From the human T2T-CHM13v2.0 reference genome, Homo sapiens, in the NCBI RefSeq assembly GCF_009914755.1, contig NC_060929.1: a DNA stretch of 64,000 nucleotides; one strand, given 5' to 3'. Below are positions 49,124 to 63,290 of this stretch, piece after piece. The notes beneath the pieces were generated by a model. That model had not been told where the DNA came from. It saw nothing but the letters and a program-made list of their open reading frames with translations, and made no database searches. Position 1 is the stretch's first letter. Every line of letters starts with the position of its first letter. A program made the position numbers and the translations under genes.

Positions 49124-49415
49124 CATTATCCTTAGCAAACTAATGCAGGAACAGAAAACCAAATATCACACATTCTCTCTTGTAAGTGAGAGCTAAATGA
49201 TGAGAACACATGGACACATAGAGGGGAACAACACACACTGGGTCATATTGGAGGGTGGAAGGTGGGAGGTGGGAGAGGATCGGAAAAATAACTAATGGGT
49301 ACTAGGTTTAATACCTGGGTGATGAAATAATCTGAACAACAAACCCCCATGACACGTATTTTCCTATGTAGCAAACCTGCATTTGTACTGTGAACTTAAA
49401 ATAAAAGTTTAAATA
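49124..49415 (+). mobile_element. Short L1PA13-16-like 3'UTR
   Basis: 'gagctaaatgatgagaacacatggacacatagaggggaacaacacacactg...aaaataactaatgggtactagg'. Confidence 0.88.
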
Positions 49416-49639
49416 AATAAATATGGGCCTAAACTCTCCATTTAAAATTCAGGGATTTCCAGATTGAATAAGAAAATTCAAATACATAGATATAAAGATA
49501 CATATAACTAGGTTAAAATTAAAAGAATGAAATAAGGAATGCCATTCAAATGCCAGTAAAAGGAAAGCTGGCAAGACTATATTACTAACAGTTAAAGTAA
49601 ACTTCAGGGGGGTTGGGGGTTCTTATTTTCTTTTTTTTT

Positions 49640-51833
49640 TTCCAAGATAGATTACTAGAGATCTTAGACACCAGTTCTCTGCAGAAAGAAGAACCAAAGT
49701 TACAGGTGAATAATCATAACTTGAATGAAGTATCAAGTAGAAAGTTCTGGAGCCTAGCAGAGAACTCATGGGAAGAAGCTAGGGCACAGAAAAAGAAGAA
49801 AGCAAGAGGCTGGCAGAGATCAGCTAGGAACCCCAAGGGATTTGGTATTACATACAAAAAGGATAGGTGGAAGTGGTTTTGACTCCCCTTATCCCTGCAG
49901 GAGACCTCTGGTATCTGAACTGTTGGAGAGCTCTTCCACCCGCACGAACCCAAACACTGGTGTTGACAGTGATCTGGGGACTTCTTAAGGGCATCACACT
50001 AGACCACCAGCTCACCCTGAGTTGCCTGCCCTCCCCGTGACCTGAGCAGCAACAGCAGGTGCCATACTTGGGGCACACCCATTGGACGACTGTGTCCTTC
50101 CAAGGGAACATCAGTCCCTGTGTTTCCACATCACTGGAGCCCCTGCAGACATTCCTTGGCACCTACTTAGATTGTGGCAGCCACACAGGGCTGCCTGGGC
50201 CAGGGGAGCTTCAGGGTCCCCAGTGGTCTAGCCCTTGAGAAATGCTGCTCCTAAGAGAAGGGAGTGCAGCACACCAAGGGGGACCCCCTGGGGACCAGGA
50301 GACCAGAGCATGCACTTTCCTGTGCCCAAGAGCTCCCTTGGGCTGAGAGCAACTGCACTACCTCCAGTGGAGAGGCAGGCACTGGGCTCACTAGAGATAT
50401 CAGATACCAGTTCTCCACAGAAAGAAATTCTGCAAGGGAGGAGTATGGTTTTGTTCCAGCAGATAGGTGGTTGTGGTCCTCTGGCATGGATGTGAAGAGG
50501 AGGACTTCTCCTCCCCCTAACTCCCACTGCTGTGGGAACAGCGATGGCTGCTGTCTTGGGAAGTTGGTGCAGATGTGTGGAGAATGAACATTCTAGGGTT
50601 ATAGGGGTGGCTGCACCCCCACTGGTGGTGTACATACCTGGCCTAGGTTTGCACAAAAGATGGGGCCCCTCCTTCTCTCTACATGAAGTGGCAGCATTCC
50701 TGCAGCAGACAGCAAGAGAGCCACAAAGCTGCACGTTTGAGGCTGAGGGAGGAGGCTCCACACAGAAGACATCTGAGGTGAGCCATGGGACAAATGTCTT
50801 TCATGGTGCTCGACTACATTGCAGCTTGGAGATAGACAGCAGTGTCTGTCTGATCTGAGTGTCCTGAGTGCCAGGAGGGGGCATGACAGGGAGGCAGGAG
50901 CTGCGGCAGCCACCTACCTCACTACGGAGCCTTCAGCGCATTTCATTGGGAGCTCCCCTCACCACCTCTGTCAGGACTGGTGCTTGTGCCTGCCATTGGG
51001 GTATCTGAGAGCAGGACTGGAAGTTCAGCTTTGCCCAGCTCCGTCCCCCCATTAGTGACTAAGCAGGAAACTAAGGCCACCATGCATTCCACAGACCAGC
51101 CCATCATCTGAGGTACCAGAGAAATCTTCTCCTGGTAAAGAAAGGTGACACATACGCCATCTTCTGCTGCTGCAGCCAGCTCTTACCTATAAGTGTCATC
51201 TACTGACCTACAGGTTGAAATACACAATGTAATTTTTTAAAGAAAGATCTGCTAACAGAAGTGCATGGTGCCGAAGAATGAGATAAGCTTCCTGAGACCT
51301 TCACTATCCCAGCCATGCAGGAGACGGCAAGCCTTCTCACAGACTCGGTACATCACTGCTACAACCAGAATTTGAGAAAGCCACCATACAAATACTATCT
51401 AAAGCCAAGGAGCTGTTACAGAGGCTTTGACACTGAAAGTACCGAGAACCAAAGCCAAATGATCATACACAACACATATTATAGTCACATCCTCAAGAGG
51501 AAAACAATCTCCTCTAAACAAAAGTAAGTTCAAAAATAAGAAGAGATCGTTTACCCAGATGAGAAGGAACCAGAGAAACAATTCTGGATATATGAAATTG
51601 TACAGTGCTACAATACCCGCAAAGGGTCACACTAACCATCCCACAATGGATCCTAACAACAACAAAAAAGTCTCTGAAATACCAGATAAGGAATTCAAAA
51701 ATATTTATTTTAAAGCAGCTCAGTGAGATCCAAGAAAAAGTTGAAAACCAACACAAAGAAATCAGAAAGCAATACAGGATGTGAAGGAAAATTTTACTAA
51801 AGAGATAGATTAAAAAAAAAAACAAAAATAACA
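49640..51833 (+). mobile_element. Old L1 5'UTR and start of ORF1 (L1M-type)
   Basis: Starts 'tccaagat'; GC-rich UTR, then 'agatgagaaggaaccagagaaacaattctgg' ORF1 start. Confidence 0.75.
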
Positions 51834-53292
51834 GGGGTCCATTCCAAGATGGCCGAATAGGAACAGCTCCGGTCTGCAGCTCCTAGCATGATCGATGCAG
51901 AAGACAGGTGATTTCTGCATGTTCAGCTGAGGTACCTGGTTCATCTCACTGAGACTGGTTGGACAGTGGGTGCAGCCGAAGCCGGGCAGGGCATCGCCTC
52001 ACCCAGGAAGTGCAAGGGGTCAGGGGATTTCCCTTTCCTAGCCAAGGGAAGCCATGACAGACTGTACCTGGAAAAACAGGACATTCCCACCTAAATAGTG
52101 TGCTTTTCCAATGGTCTCACCAAATGGCACAGCAGGAGATTATATCCTGCACCTGACTCGGTGGATCCCACGCCCACAGAGCCTTGCTCACTGCTAGCAC
52201 AGCAGTCTGAGATGACCTGAAAGGCAGCAGCCTGGCAGGGGGATGGGTGTCTGCCATTGCTGAGGCTTGAGTAGGTAAACAAGGCAACCTGGGAAGCTCG
52301 AACTGGGCAGAGCCCGCCGCAGCTCAGCAAGGCCTGCTGCCTCTGTTGACTCCACCTCTGAGGGCAGGGCACAGCTGAACAAAAGGCAGCAGAAACTTCT
52401 CCCAGCATGGTGTTTGAGCTCTGAGAACGGACAGGCTGCCTCCTCAAGTGGGTCCCTGACCCCCGTGTAGTCTAAATGGGAGATACCTCCCAGTAGGGGC
52501 CGACTGATACCTCGTACAGGCAAGTGCCCCTCTGGAACAAAGCTTCCAGAGGAAGGATCAGGCAATATTTTCTGTTCTGCAATATTTGCTTTTCTGCAGC
52601 CTCCACTGGTGATACCCAGGAAAACAGGGTCTGAAGTGGAAGTCTGGCAAACTCCAACAGACCTGTAGCTGAGGGACCTGACTGTTAGAAGGAAAACTAC
52701 CAAACAGAAGGGAATAGCATCAACATCAACAAAAAGGACATCCACACCAAAACCCCATCTGTAAGTCACCAACATCAAAGACCAAAGGCAGATAAAACCA
52801 TAAAGATGGGGAGAAACCACAGCAGAAAAGCTGAAAATTCTAAAAACCAGAGCGCCTCTTCTTCTCCAAAGGATCACAGCTCCTCACCAGCAATGGAACA
52901 AAGCTGGACGGAGAATGACTTTGACAAATTGACAGAAGTAGGCTTCAGAAGGCCGGTAATAGCAAACTTTTCTGATCTAAAGGAGGATGTTTGAACCCAT
53001 CGCAAGGAAGCTAAAAACCTTGAAAAAAGATTAGATGAATGGCTAACTAGAATAAACAGTGTAGAATAGACCTTAAATGACCTGATGGAGCCAAAAACCA
53101 TGGCACGAGAACTACGTGATGCATGCACAAGCTTCAGTAGCTGATTCGATCAAGTGAAAGAAAAGGTATCAGTGATTGAAGATCAAATTAATGAAATAAA
53201 GTGAGAAGAGAAGTTTACAGGAAAGAGAGTAAAAAGAAACAAACAAAGCCTCCAAAAAATATGGGACTATGTTAAAAGACCAAATCTACGTC
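51834..53292 (+). mobile_element. L1PA5-7-like 5'UTR and 5' half of ORF1, 3'-truncated
   Basis: 'ccaagatggccgaataggaacagctccggtctgcagctcc'; ORF1p MGRNHSRKAENSKNQ at 52806. Confidence 0.93.
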
Positions 53293-53664
53293 CTTACAGT
53301 CTATATATCCGACAAAAGACTGATATCTAGAATCTATAAAGAACTCAAACAAATTAGCAAGAAAAACAAACAATCCCAACAAAAAGTGGGTTAAGAATAT
53401 GAATAGACAATTCTCAAAAGAAGATACACAAATGGCCAACAAACATATGAAAAAATGCTCAACATCACAAATGATCAGGGAAATGCAAATCAAAACCATA
53501 ATGTGATACCACCTTACTCTGCAAGAATGACCATAATCAAAAAATCAAAAAATAATACATGTTGGCATGGATGCGATGAAAAGGGAACACTTCTACACTG
53601 CTGGTGGGAATGTAAGCTAGTAAAACCACTATGGATAACAGACTGGAGATTCCTTAAAGAGCTA
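53293..53664 (+). mobile_element. L1PB-like late ORF2 fragment
   Basis: 'atagacaattctcaaaagaagata...gataccaccttactctgcaagaatg', same type as 27830-28070. Confidence 0.85.
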
Positions 53665-53881
53665 CATTTTTATTAGTTCAAAGAGATATGTGATCACTGA
53701 GAAGGGACAACTGGGCAAAGGCTTAAGAACATGAGAGAAAAAGACCACCACGGACCTCAGGAGAAAAGCATGCTAGGGAAATAGGAGAGCAGTGCAAAGA
53801 CACAGAGGCGGGAGTATGCCCAGCATGTTGGAGGAAGGCCAGGGTAGAGAGTGCTGATTGAACAGAGTGAGCTGGGGTGAG

Positions 53882-54665
<784 letters not shown>

Positions 54666-56054
54666 GGAAGAGTAGTGGGAAACGAGTCAGAGAGAGAGGT
54701 ATGTGGTTTGTAAAACCTGTTTGGCTGCGTTCAGAGCCCAGCTTTTACTCTAAGTGAAATGTGCTCCACAGCAGGATCTTGAGCAGAGATTGATAGGACT
54801 CGACTTATATTTTACAAAGAACACTCTGGCCACTCCAGGGAAAGCGACTGTGGGTGAGGGAAGAGCAGGAGTGGAGTCTATTGGCCCTGACTTGGCCCAC
54901 AATGGTAGCAGTGGTCATGAGAAGTATTCTGATTCTGGCTATATCCAGGTAGATCAGCAGGATTTCTGGATGGATTAGATAGAAGGTTGTGAGAGATACA
55001 GAAACATCAAGGCAAATTCCAAATGTTTTGGCCTGAATACCTGGAAAGATGGAGTTGTCTTTAACTGAGATGGGAAAGCCTGCAGATGGAGATGACTTAG
55101 TGCAGTGGGTTGGTGGGGTGTGGACATATTAAGTTTGGGTCTATTCAGTACTTGATACTGAAGATACCAAATAGACAGTTAGATGCACTAACTTGGAATT
55201 CATAAGAATGATAGGGATTTAAAATATAAATGTGGGTATCATTAACAGAGAAATATATTGGAAATATGAGAAGGAATATGTCACTTCCAAATGGGAAAAA
55301 CAAAGAAAGCTTCATGGAGGAGGTGACATGTAATTTGCATTTTAAAGGGTGGAGTTTTTGACAGCAGAAACAACTGAGGAGAATATTCCAAATGGAAGAG
55401 AAACCACTAGTAAAAGTGCTAGAATAGGAAATTGGAGGAATGTTTCAGGGAGGTCAGTAGAGTTGGGAGGAGCTGTAAGCTTGGTGTCAGAAGTCAGACA
55501 TGGAAATAGAACCAGAACATGGGCCTGTCTTCCAGTTCATTCAAGCATTTGTCATTTATTCCGCATGCATTTACTGACCACTTACTTGGTCTAGGGGCTA
55601 TGCCCCTTTCTGAACATTAATAATAAAAGCATTTATTGGACACAAATTATGCACTCCATGAGTAAAAACTTATTTAATCCTTACAATGCCCCATAAGAGC
55701 TATACTAACATGATCCCCAGTTTAAAGATAAGGAAACTAAGAGTCTGAGTGGTTTGCTCTGGCTCTGTCAGTGGCAGGATTGGAACCCAGGCAGTGTGAC
55801 CCCAGGGCCTTTGTCCTCATCACTCTGCTCTGCTGCTTTGTCAGAAACACCAAACCAGGCATCTGTGGGAGAGTAGCCTGGCGGCCGTCAGAAATGCAGA
55901 TTAGTAAGCCATGGGGGAGATGTTCTCCAGACTTTCTTCTGTGTAGGATGTGAAACGTGCTCTCTCCAAGAGTCAGCCAAGGAACCAGCAGCAGCAGCTC
56001 CAGAAGAGGAGGTGGGACTGCTGACCCAGGCAGAGGTCACCAAGCTGCTGGGTC

Positions 56055-56061
56055 TGACTCA
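56055..56061 (+). promoter_or_regulatory. AP-1 consensus TGACTCA (also a minus-strand CGG|GTGAGT donor)
   Basis: Exact motif shared with copy A. Confidence 0.35.
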
Positions 56062-57090
56062 CCCGGAAAAGCCAACTGCTCTTTCCAAAGCACCAGCTCC
56101 CCTTTTCTTGGCTTCCACAGCAAACCTAAGGTCAAGGGCAGGCAACCGAAGCCTTACCCTGGAAGGGTAGCATTGAAAGTGTCCTTGAACAGTAATGTGT
56201 CTACTCTTCTACTCCTCGTCTGCTCCAAACCCATTTTAGAGATGAGGAAACTAAAGACCATGGAGGCTTTGTTACTTGTTTTACATTTTCTTGGAATGTC
56301 TGTGACAAATTCTACAATAGAACTCCCCAAATCTCAGGACTTTCATGATCAGTGTGCTTCCACAAAACAGGTTAATGTTTGAAAACTAGGTTTCCTAGCA
56401 AGCAGGCTGGGATAGGATCGTGGGGGTGTGTGTGTATGTATGTGTGTGTGTATGTGTGTGCGTGTGTCTCTATGTGTGCCAAGTTCATGATACAAGCCCA
56501 GGACTGACACTCCCTACCACTCCCAGGGAAAGGAATTTCTCCTCAGTTCAGCTTATCTTTCAGGAAAATTTAGATTTTAGGCATCTGACCCAGTAAATGA
56601 GATAGGAAAGAGGAGCCCTGCCATCCAGTGAGTCCTGCTCAGGTGTCTTTCCTGGAGAAATATTCACACCTGTGTAGCAAGAGGCCTGTGCAAGGAAGCC
56701 AACAGCAGCATCACAAGAAATAGTGAGGAGTGGAAGGAACGCAAATGCACATCAACACAGGAGTGATTATCCAGCAGTTAAAAAGACCTACCTCTATGAA
56801 GTAGGTATTCATAGAGTCAAAGAAACAGCCTGAAGACATATTACACAAAGAAGAAAAAGGGGAAGGAGAAGACAGAGAAGCAAAAGAAACTGGCAATGCA
56901 ATGCATACATTATGACGCTTTTTATGAAAATAAAACATCCCAGTTACATGTATGTGTCTGTGTGTGTATAGAAAAGGAATCACCTCAGCCTGGTGATTTC
57001 AATGCATTTATTCCCCCAGCAAATGTGCGCTGAGTGCCTCTCCATGGAAGCCTGAGGGGAACCCAGCAGGGCGCAGAGCAAGCAACATCC

Positions 57091-57105
57091 CTGCCCTCTA
57101 CTGGC
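57091..57105 (-). promoter_or_regulatory. CTCF core motif GCCAGTAGAGGGCAG
   Basis: Matches CCASYAGRKGGCRS exactly; binding not demonstrable from sequence. Confidence 0.5.
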
Positions 57106-58478
57106 TGGATGAGGGAGGACGATGAGATGCGGTAAGGGGAAAAGAGACGTTCTTTTTTTTAAAGTACCCTGTGTTATCCAAAGTTTTCACAACAATAATT
57201 TATTCCTGAATGTGTCGTTACAAACGTGTAAATATGTGAATAAACAAAAGAATAAGGTGGAAGCAGAGAAGGGGAAGGAGAAATGCATGGCTAAGTGCAA
57301 AGTATCGGAGGTGCTCATGGAAGGGAGGCTGGGGCCTCTCATTCTAGGCTGCTGTATCACCAGTTCCCCACCCCAAGTAAAATGTCCACAGTGTCTTGGA
57401 AAGTAGAGGAAGGAAGTCAAGTGATATTATATCTTCTGCAACAAGTATATTCCAATAACTGAAGATTCCACATCTCCCATTGCCTCCTAGTGACCCCCAT
57501 AGAGCGCTGCCGGCAGGTTACAGCCCCTACAGGGTGCTATCTGAATCATCCTCCATGAATGTCATTACCTGCAGAAATGGTCTCTGCACTATCTTCTCCC
57601 TGATCACACGTCTCTTCCCAACCCATGTTCTCTGTAGAGAGTCAACCGTTTACAGAGCCCCCTCCTGATTCTTACTTCTTGAAGGTGCACTCTGCTGCCC
57701 ACACAGACTACCCAAGGGCAGATCACAGACAGAGGCACATACCTTCCAACCTGACCCCCACCCTGTCCTTGGACTTGTCTTCTGGTTTGCACAGGAAAAT
57801 TGATAAAATAAACTATTGGCCGATAGGATAGCAAAAATATTGCCCTTAATTCAGTGTGCTCTTTCCTCTTAATAATAAACTAGATTATTAGATTTGGAGT
57901 CAGAGCTCTCCATTCAAATTCTGGTTCTGTAAGTTTCAAGATATATTACCTTAGGCATATTTACTCCTATGTAGAAAAATATCACTATTAAATGTGGAAT
58001 TAAAAGGCCTACCTCACAGAATAGCTGTGAGGATTAAAAGAGGCATTTACAAGTGTTTGGGTTTTGTTATTAATATTGGTGTGTGAGCATGACTGTATCC
58101 CATTCTGCTGGTTTCAGGTGCCATCCGTGCATCTGGACATTGCAAGGTGAGGAAGAGAAAAAGGTGCCCAGGATAGCAGAATGTGCCTACCACCCACAAC
58201 AGAGATAAAATCTCAGTTCCAGCCAAGAAGTGTTCACAGAAATACCTCCAAGCAAAACCAGATCTGCCTGTCCTCAGAGATAATCAGAAGGATTCCTTTC
58301 AGTTGCCTCAGACCAAGAGCAGCCTGGCTACATTTTTTGCCTCTTGCTTCTCAACTGGCTGGCATTTTCATAGACTTACATTTTAAAAGGCTGTTTACTT
58401 AGGAACAAAAAATGAAGTTACATACTCAATTAATTTTAACTTTATGATATTTGGCTTCATTGTCTAATAATCTATTTT

Positions 58479-58790
58479 TTCTTTTTTTTCTTTTTTTTTT
58501 TTTGAGATGGAGTCTCATTCTGTCACCCAGGCTGGCGCGCAGTGACGTGATCTCGGCTCACTCCAACCTCCACCTACCAGGTTCAAGGAAGCAACTCTCC
58601 TGTCTCAGCCTCCCAAGTAGCTGGGACTACCGGTGCATGCCACCACACCCGGCTAATTTTTGTATTTTTAGTAGAGAGGGGGTTTCATCATATTAGTCAG
58701 GCTGGTCTAGAATTCCTGACCTCAGGTGATCCACCAGCCTCAACCTCCCAAAGTGCTGGGATTACAGGCATGAGCCACCACGCCCAGCCT
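58479..58790 (-). mobile_element. AluSx-like
   Basis: Antisense Alu; TSD aataatctatttt. Confidence 0.95.
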
Positions 58791-59783
58791 AATAATCTAT
58801 TTTAATAATTAAAAAATAGTGTCTCTCTCGTTCTTTTTCCTGTGTGTTTTTATTGATAAATTTCAATGCTTTGAGCAAATAAAACATTTCCCCATTCGAT
58901 TGCTTCCCGATTTCTTATATGATGTAGCTTTGAGTCCCTGTACTATTTTGGTCTTGCTCCTCTGAAGACCTTGGCTAAGTCCCACTTAGCCAAGTGGTAT
59001 CCCCAGATCTGCATCCAGAAGTCCAGGTATGTGGTGTTTAATACACAACTGGAAGGTACTGGTCCCTTACTTGTTTCACTCCCTATCCTATTTTAGGCCA
59101 CATCCACATCAGCCAGCAAGTCAGGAAATGATCATAGGACCACACTTTGAAAACACACATGGGCCAGTGAAACCGAGTGCATTTGCAAATCACTGGGACA
59201 CATTAACACAACACAGATTCTCAGACCTTGCTCAACCAGTGAATCAGAATCCCTGAAGGTAGGATCACTGGAAATTTTATTCATATGTCCTAGGTGATTC
59301 TGATTAGCTGAAATATTGGCAAACACTACCTCAAAGCTCCCTTTCACAAGGATGAGGGATAAGGCATAGAATTTAGGGGTCCTCAATGCCGGAGTTTCCT
59401 TTCTTAATCCTCTGAAGCTTCTTTAAACTTTCACTGCCAAGCCAGCAGAGGGTAGCATCTGCAGGGCATTTGGACTACAGAGAACATAATCTGCAGTAAC
59501 CTTTTTGATTCCTCACGTCTATGATGATAACAAATAACCTGTAATTGTACAGAAAGTCCCTGTCCGAAGTCATGGATTCATTGCATCCTTACACCATGTC
59601 TGCAAAGTAGGTGTTGGTCCACCTTCGTGTACGGGAGGAATGTGTTGTCTGAGAGCAGTCAAGTGACATCTCTAAAGCCTTATTTATAATAATTGGCAGT
59701 GATAGGGTTTCTCACACATTCCAGGAGGGGAATGAACAGAGGAAGAATTACACATAGTAGCTTCATATTTTAAAACTTACGAG

Positions 59784-59786
<3 letters not shown>

Positions 59787-59833
<47 letters not shown>
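59787..59833 (+). repeat. Perfect (CA)n microsatellite, about 23 units
   Basis: Seen directly. Confidence 0.97.
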
Positions 59834-59835
<2 letters not shown>

Positions 59836-60099
59836 ACAGCACAACCTTTACTCCCATACCTCACTTCCACCTTCGGCAACCCTGCCTAATAAGAAAGTCC
59901 AGGATGCTTCCAACCTACACAGAACCACATTCTTATAGAGGTTATGCAAACAAGTGAAGCAAACTTGTCATCCACACACTTACATGCACAGTCAGCAAAA
60001 GTGAGGGAACCGTTTAAATACCACAGGCTAGTTCTCAATTCTTGAAGTGCATGTTAACACCGTAGGCTACTACATTTCAAACCTCAAAGTACAAACAAG

Positions 60100-60232
60100 C
60101 TGCCTGAGAATCTTATTAAAATGCAGATTCTGATTCTGCAGGACTGGGGCAGGGCCTGAGTTTCTGCATTTTTTAGCGAGCTCCCATGTGACATAATGGC
60201 AGCTGGTCCATGGGCCATACTTTGAGTTCTAA
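60100..60232. mobile_element. MER5A fragment
   Basis: 'ttaaaatgcagattctgattc...ggcctgag...ctgcattt...ccatactttgag'. Confidence 0.8.
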
Positions 60233-60600
60233 GTCCAGAGCCTATGTCACCATCTAGCCTCTGCTATTTCTCTCCCTGGATGCAGGCATGAGATGAGAAC
60301 AGTGGAATACTGACCTTTCCATTTCTTGCCTTTTATTAAGTGAGTATCTCTCCCCATGGGGGGTAATTCTAGAGTTTAAAGACACATATTGTTCATCTAT
60401 GGCCCCTAAACCATACCTGTTGTTTAATCTCATACCTGAAGAGTGATCGCTCCATAGCTCCAGATTTCTAAGTCATTCCAAGAATTGTCTTAATTAAATG
60501 AGATTTTGAGTTCCCACTCATCATATATCACACATCACATATGATGTGTGTCTCACATATGCAACACTATCATTGCCTTAGAGCATGAAGAGGGTATTTT

Positions 60601-61182
<582 letters not shown>

Positions 61183-61719
61183 CTGTCTTGTAGTCACCCA
61201 TAATCATCAATATCTTTGGCAACTTACTGAATGCTTTTTAAAGATACTTCAACAAATCTAGGTAAGAAAAATATTATAGACAGCCATTCAAAACAGAAGC
61301 CACTGAGGTCTTGCTTTCCATTGGGCAGGAAAGTTTAGTGGTCAAGGGGCCCAGTGACTGGGTTTGAGTGCCAGTTCTCCGACTGACAAGCTGGATGGAA
61401 TTGGACATGTTTCTCTAGGTCTCTCAGATTTTATTTCCTCAAGCATCAAATGACTACAAGCCCAACAAGAGCAGGGACCATCTCTGGGGCAGCAAAGTAT
61501 ATACATTCTCCTGGCACCTAATAAGCACTTGTGTATATATCAATGAAACAAATGGTGCCTGACTTACAACATAAGTTTTGCAATCTGATGGTGAGTACTA
61601 CTTTTTAAATCTTGATTAGAGACTTGAATTTTAGGGATTACTGTTACTAGCTGTGCCTTATCCTGGCAGAGCAGGACTTGTGCTCCAGGATATATATAGG
61701 ATCTTATACTATACACACA

Positions 61720-61976
61720 GCAGTATATAGCAGTGGGAAAGATTGCAAGCTCTAGTATAATCTGGTTTCAAATCTTAGCCCCACTACTACATGAGCTGAG
61801 ACATTTGACTTACCCTCTCTACACCTCAGTTTCTTCATTTGAAAAATGGGGGTTATAACAATTCTTATCTCATGGGGCTCTTGGAAGAAATTAAAATTAA
61901 ATAAGATAATGTATGCAAAGCCCTTTGCACAGTGCCTGGCACACAGCACACGCTCAGTAAAAGAAGTCTTTATTAT
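61720..61976 (+). mobile_element. MIR, near full length
   Basis: 'cctcagtttcttcatttgaaaaatgggg...cagtgcctggcaca'. Confidence 0.88.
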
Positions 61977-62774
61977 GCTTTTGGCCTCCAGCCTCCAAAT
62001 CAAGGGCACCTGATTAGTTACCTCTCAAAAGAGAGGTAGAGACACAGTGCTGAAACCAGAACCTCACCCCAGAGACCAAGCTGATCCAACTCCTTTCTGC
62101 TGGATGGAAAGTCAGGAGCTCACCCTCCTCACCAGGGGCTTGGGAATAAATATTCCATGCTCTTCTGCATGCCTGCTTTGTCATATTTGGAATACAGCCC
62201 CAATGATGAGATGCCTAGCATGTTCATTCTGCTACAAGACCAAAGGACACTAATAAAGGTGTCAAAGCTGACAATTGTTTGGAAAGCAAAGAAAGAAGTG
62301 AGGAAAGGAAACTGCAGCCTTTGATTCAATAATGAATTTTGCATAAAGGGCTCCATATTACAGTGCACCAGAGACCATCCTGCCACACACTTCACGTTCT
62401 ATTTTTTATGAGAAAGAGGAAAATGAGGGGAAATTTTCAAACAGATATTAGGAGAGTATTCAAGAAAGTAAGTTCACACATATATCTTGATTTAAGCAGG
62501 TGGACCCAAGCCATTTATATTTTACAGCATAGTAAAAGCTTAGAGTGGAAAAGAAGCATCTAGTCCAATCCCTTCATCTTCCAGATAAGCAAATTGAAAC
62601 ACCTGGGGATTAAGTAACAAGTTGCACACCGTCAGCCTTGTAGTGGCTGACTTAGGAAGAAGAGCCATGGGGCTTGTCTTTTTGTCTAATCCCTCCTGAC
62701 TCTTGGACTGTAAGGCTAGAAGGAAACTTGGAGTTGTTCTTCTCCAGGGGCACACTTCTCTCTGGGCTTGTGAA

Positions 62775-63290
62775 ATTCATTCATTTACTCAAGTAATAGT
62801 TACTGAGCACTTATTATGTGCCAGATGCCATTCTTGGTACTTGAGCACACAACAAGCTCTGGACAGAGAACAGAACAGGTGCCTGCTCCTTTTTCATTTT
62901 CATTCCAGTAGGCGATGTCAATTAACAAGTGCACAAATAAAGTGTACAGCACAACTTCAGATAGCGTTCTGTGCTCTGAGGGAAATAAAATAGAGCATTG
63001 TGACAGAGAGGTACCGAGGGAGAAAGGACAACTGGGAAAGCCTCTCCAAGAGGCAACATTCACTAGAGCTGAGACCTGAATGATGAGAAGGAGCCAGTCA
63101 CATGGAATTCAGAAGGAAGGGGTTTCAGGTCAGAAGGAACAGCACCCGTGAACACCCTAGGCAAGCGTGGGATGTGGTGTGTACAGAAAAGAAGCCCGTG
63201 TCTGGAACAGAGTGGGCGAGGGGTTGATGCTAGAAGGGGAGGTCAGATCAGTGGGCAGAGGCAGGACGCTGAGGTGGCAGGCACTTGCCC
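62775..63290 (-). mobile_element. L2 3' end
   Basis: 'ttcattcattt...tactgagcacttattatgtgccag', 'gagctgagacctgaatgatgagaaggagccag'. Confidence 0.8.

Larger units (their letters stand above)
54900..58315 (+). repeat. Ancient direct duplication, copy B (uninterrupted)
   Basis: Aligns colinearly to 140-3720 plus 12490-13690 once the A-specific insertions are removed. Confidence 0.9.

Noticed and set aside
52711-53100. Possible local template for the L1 fragment at 2611-2996
   Set aside because: Same L1 region, but many differences consistent with different subfamilies.
60529-60550. 9-bp stem cacacatca-cata-tgatgtgtg
   Set aside because: Short and low complexity; expected by chance.
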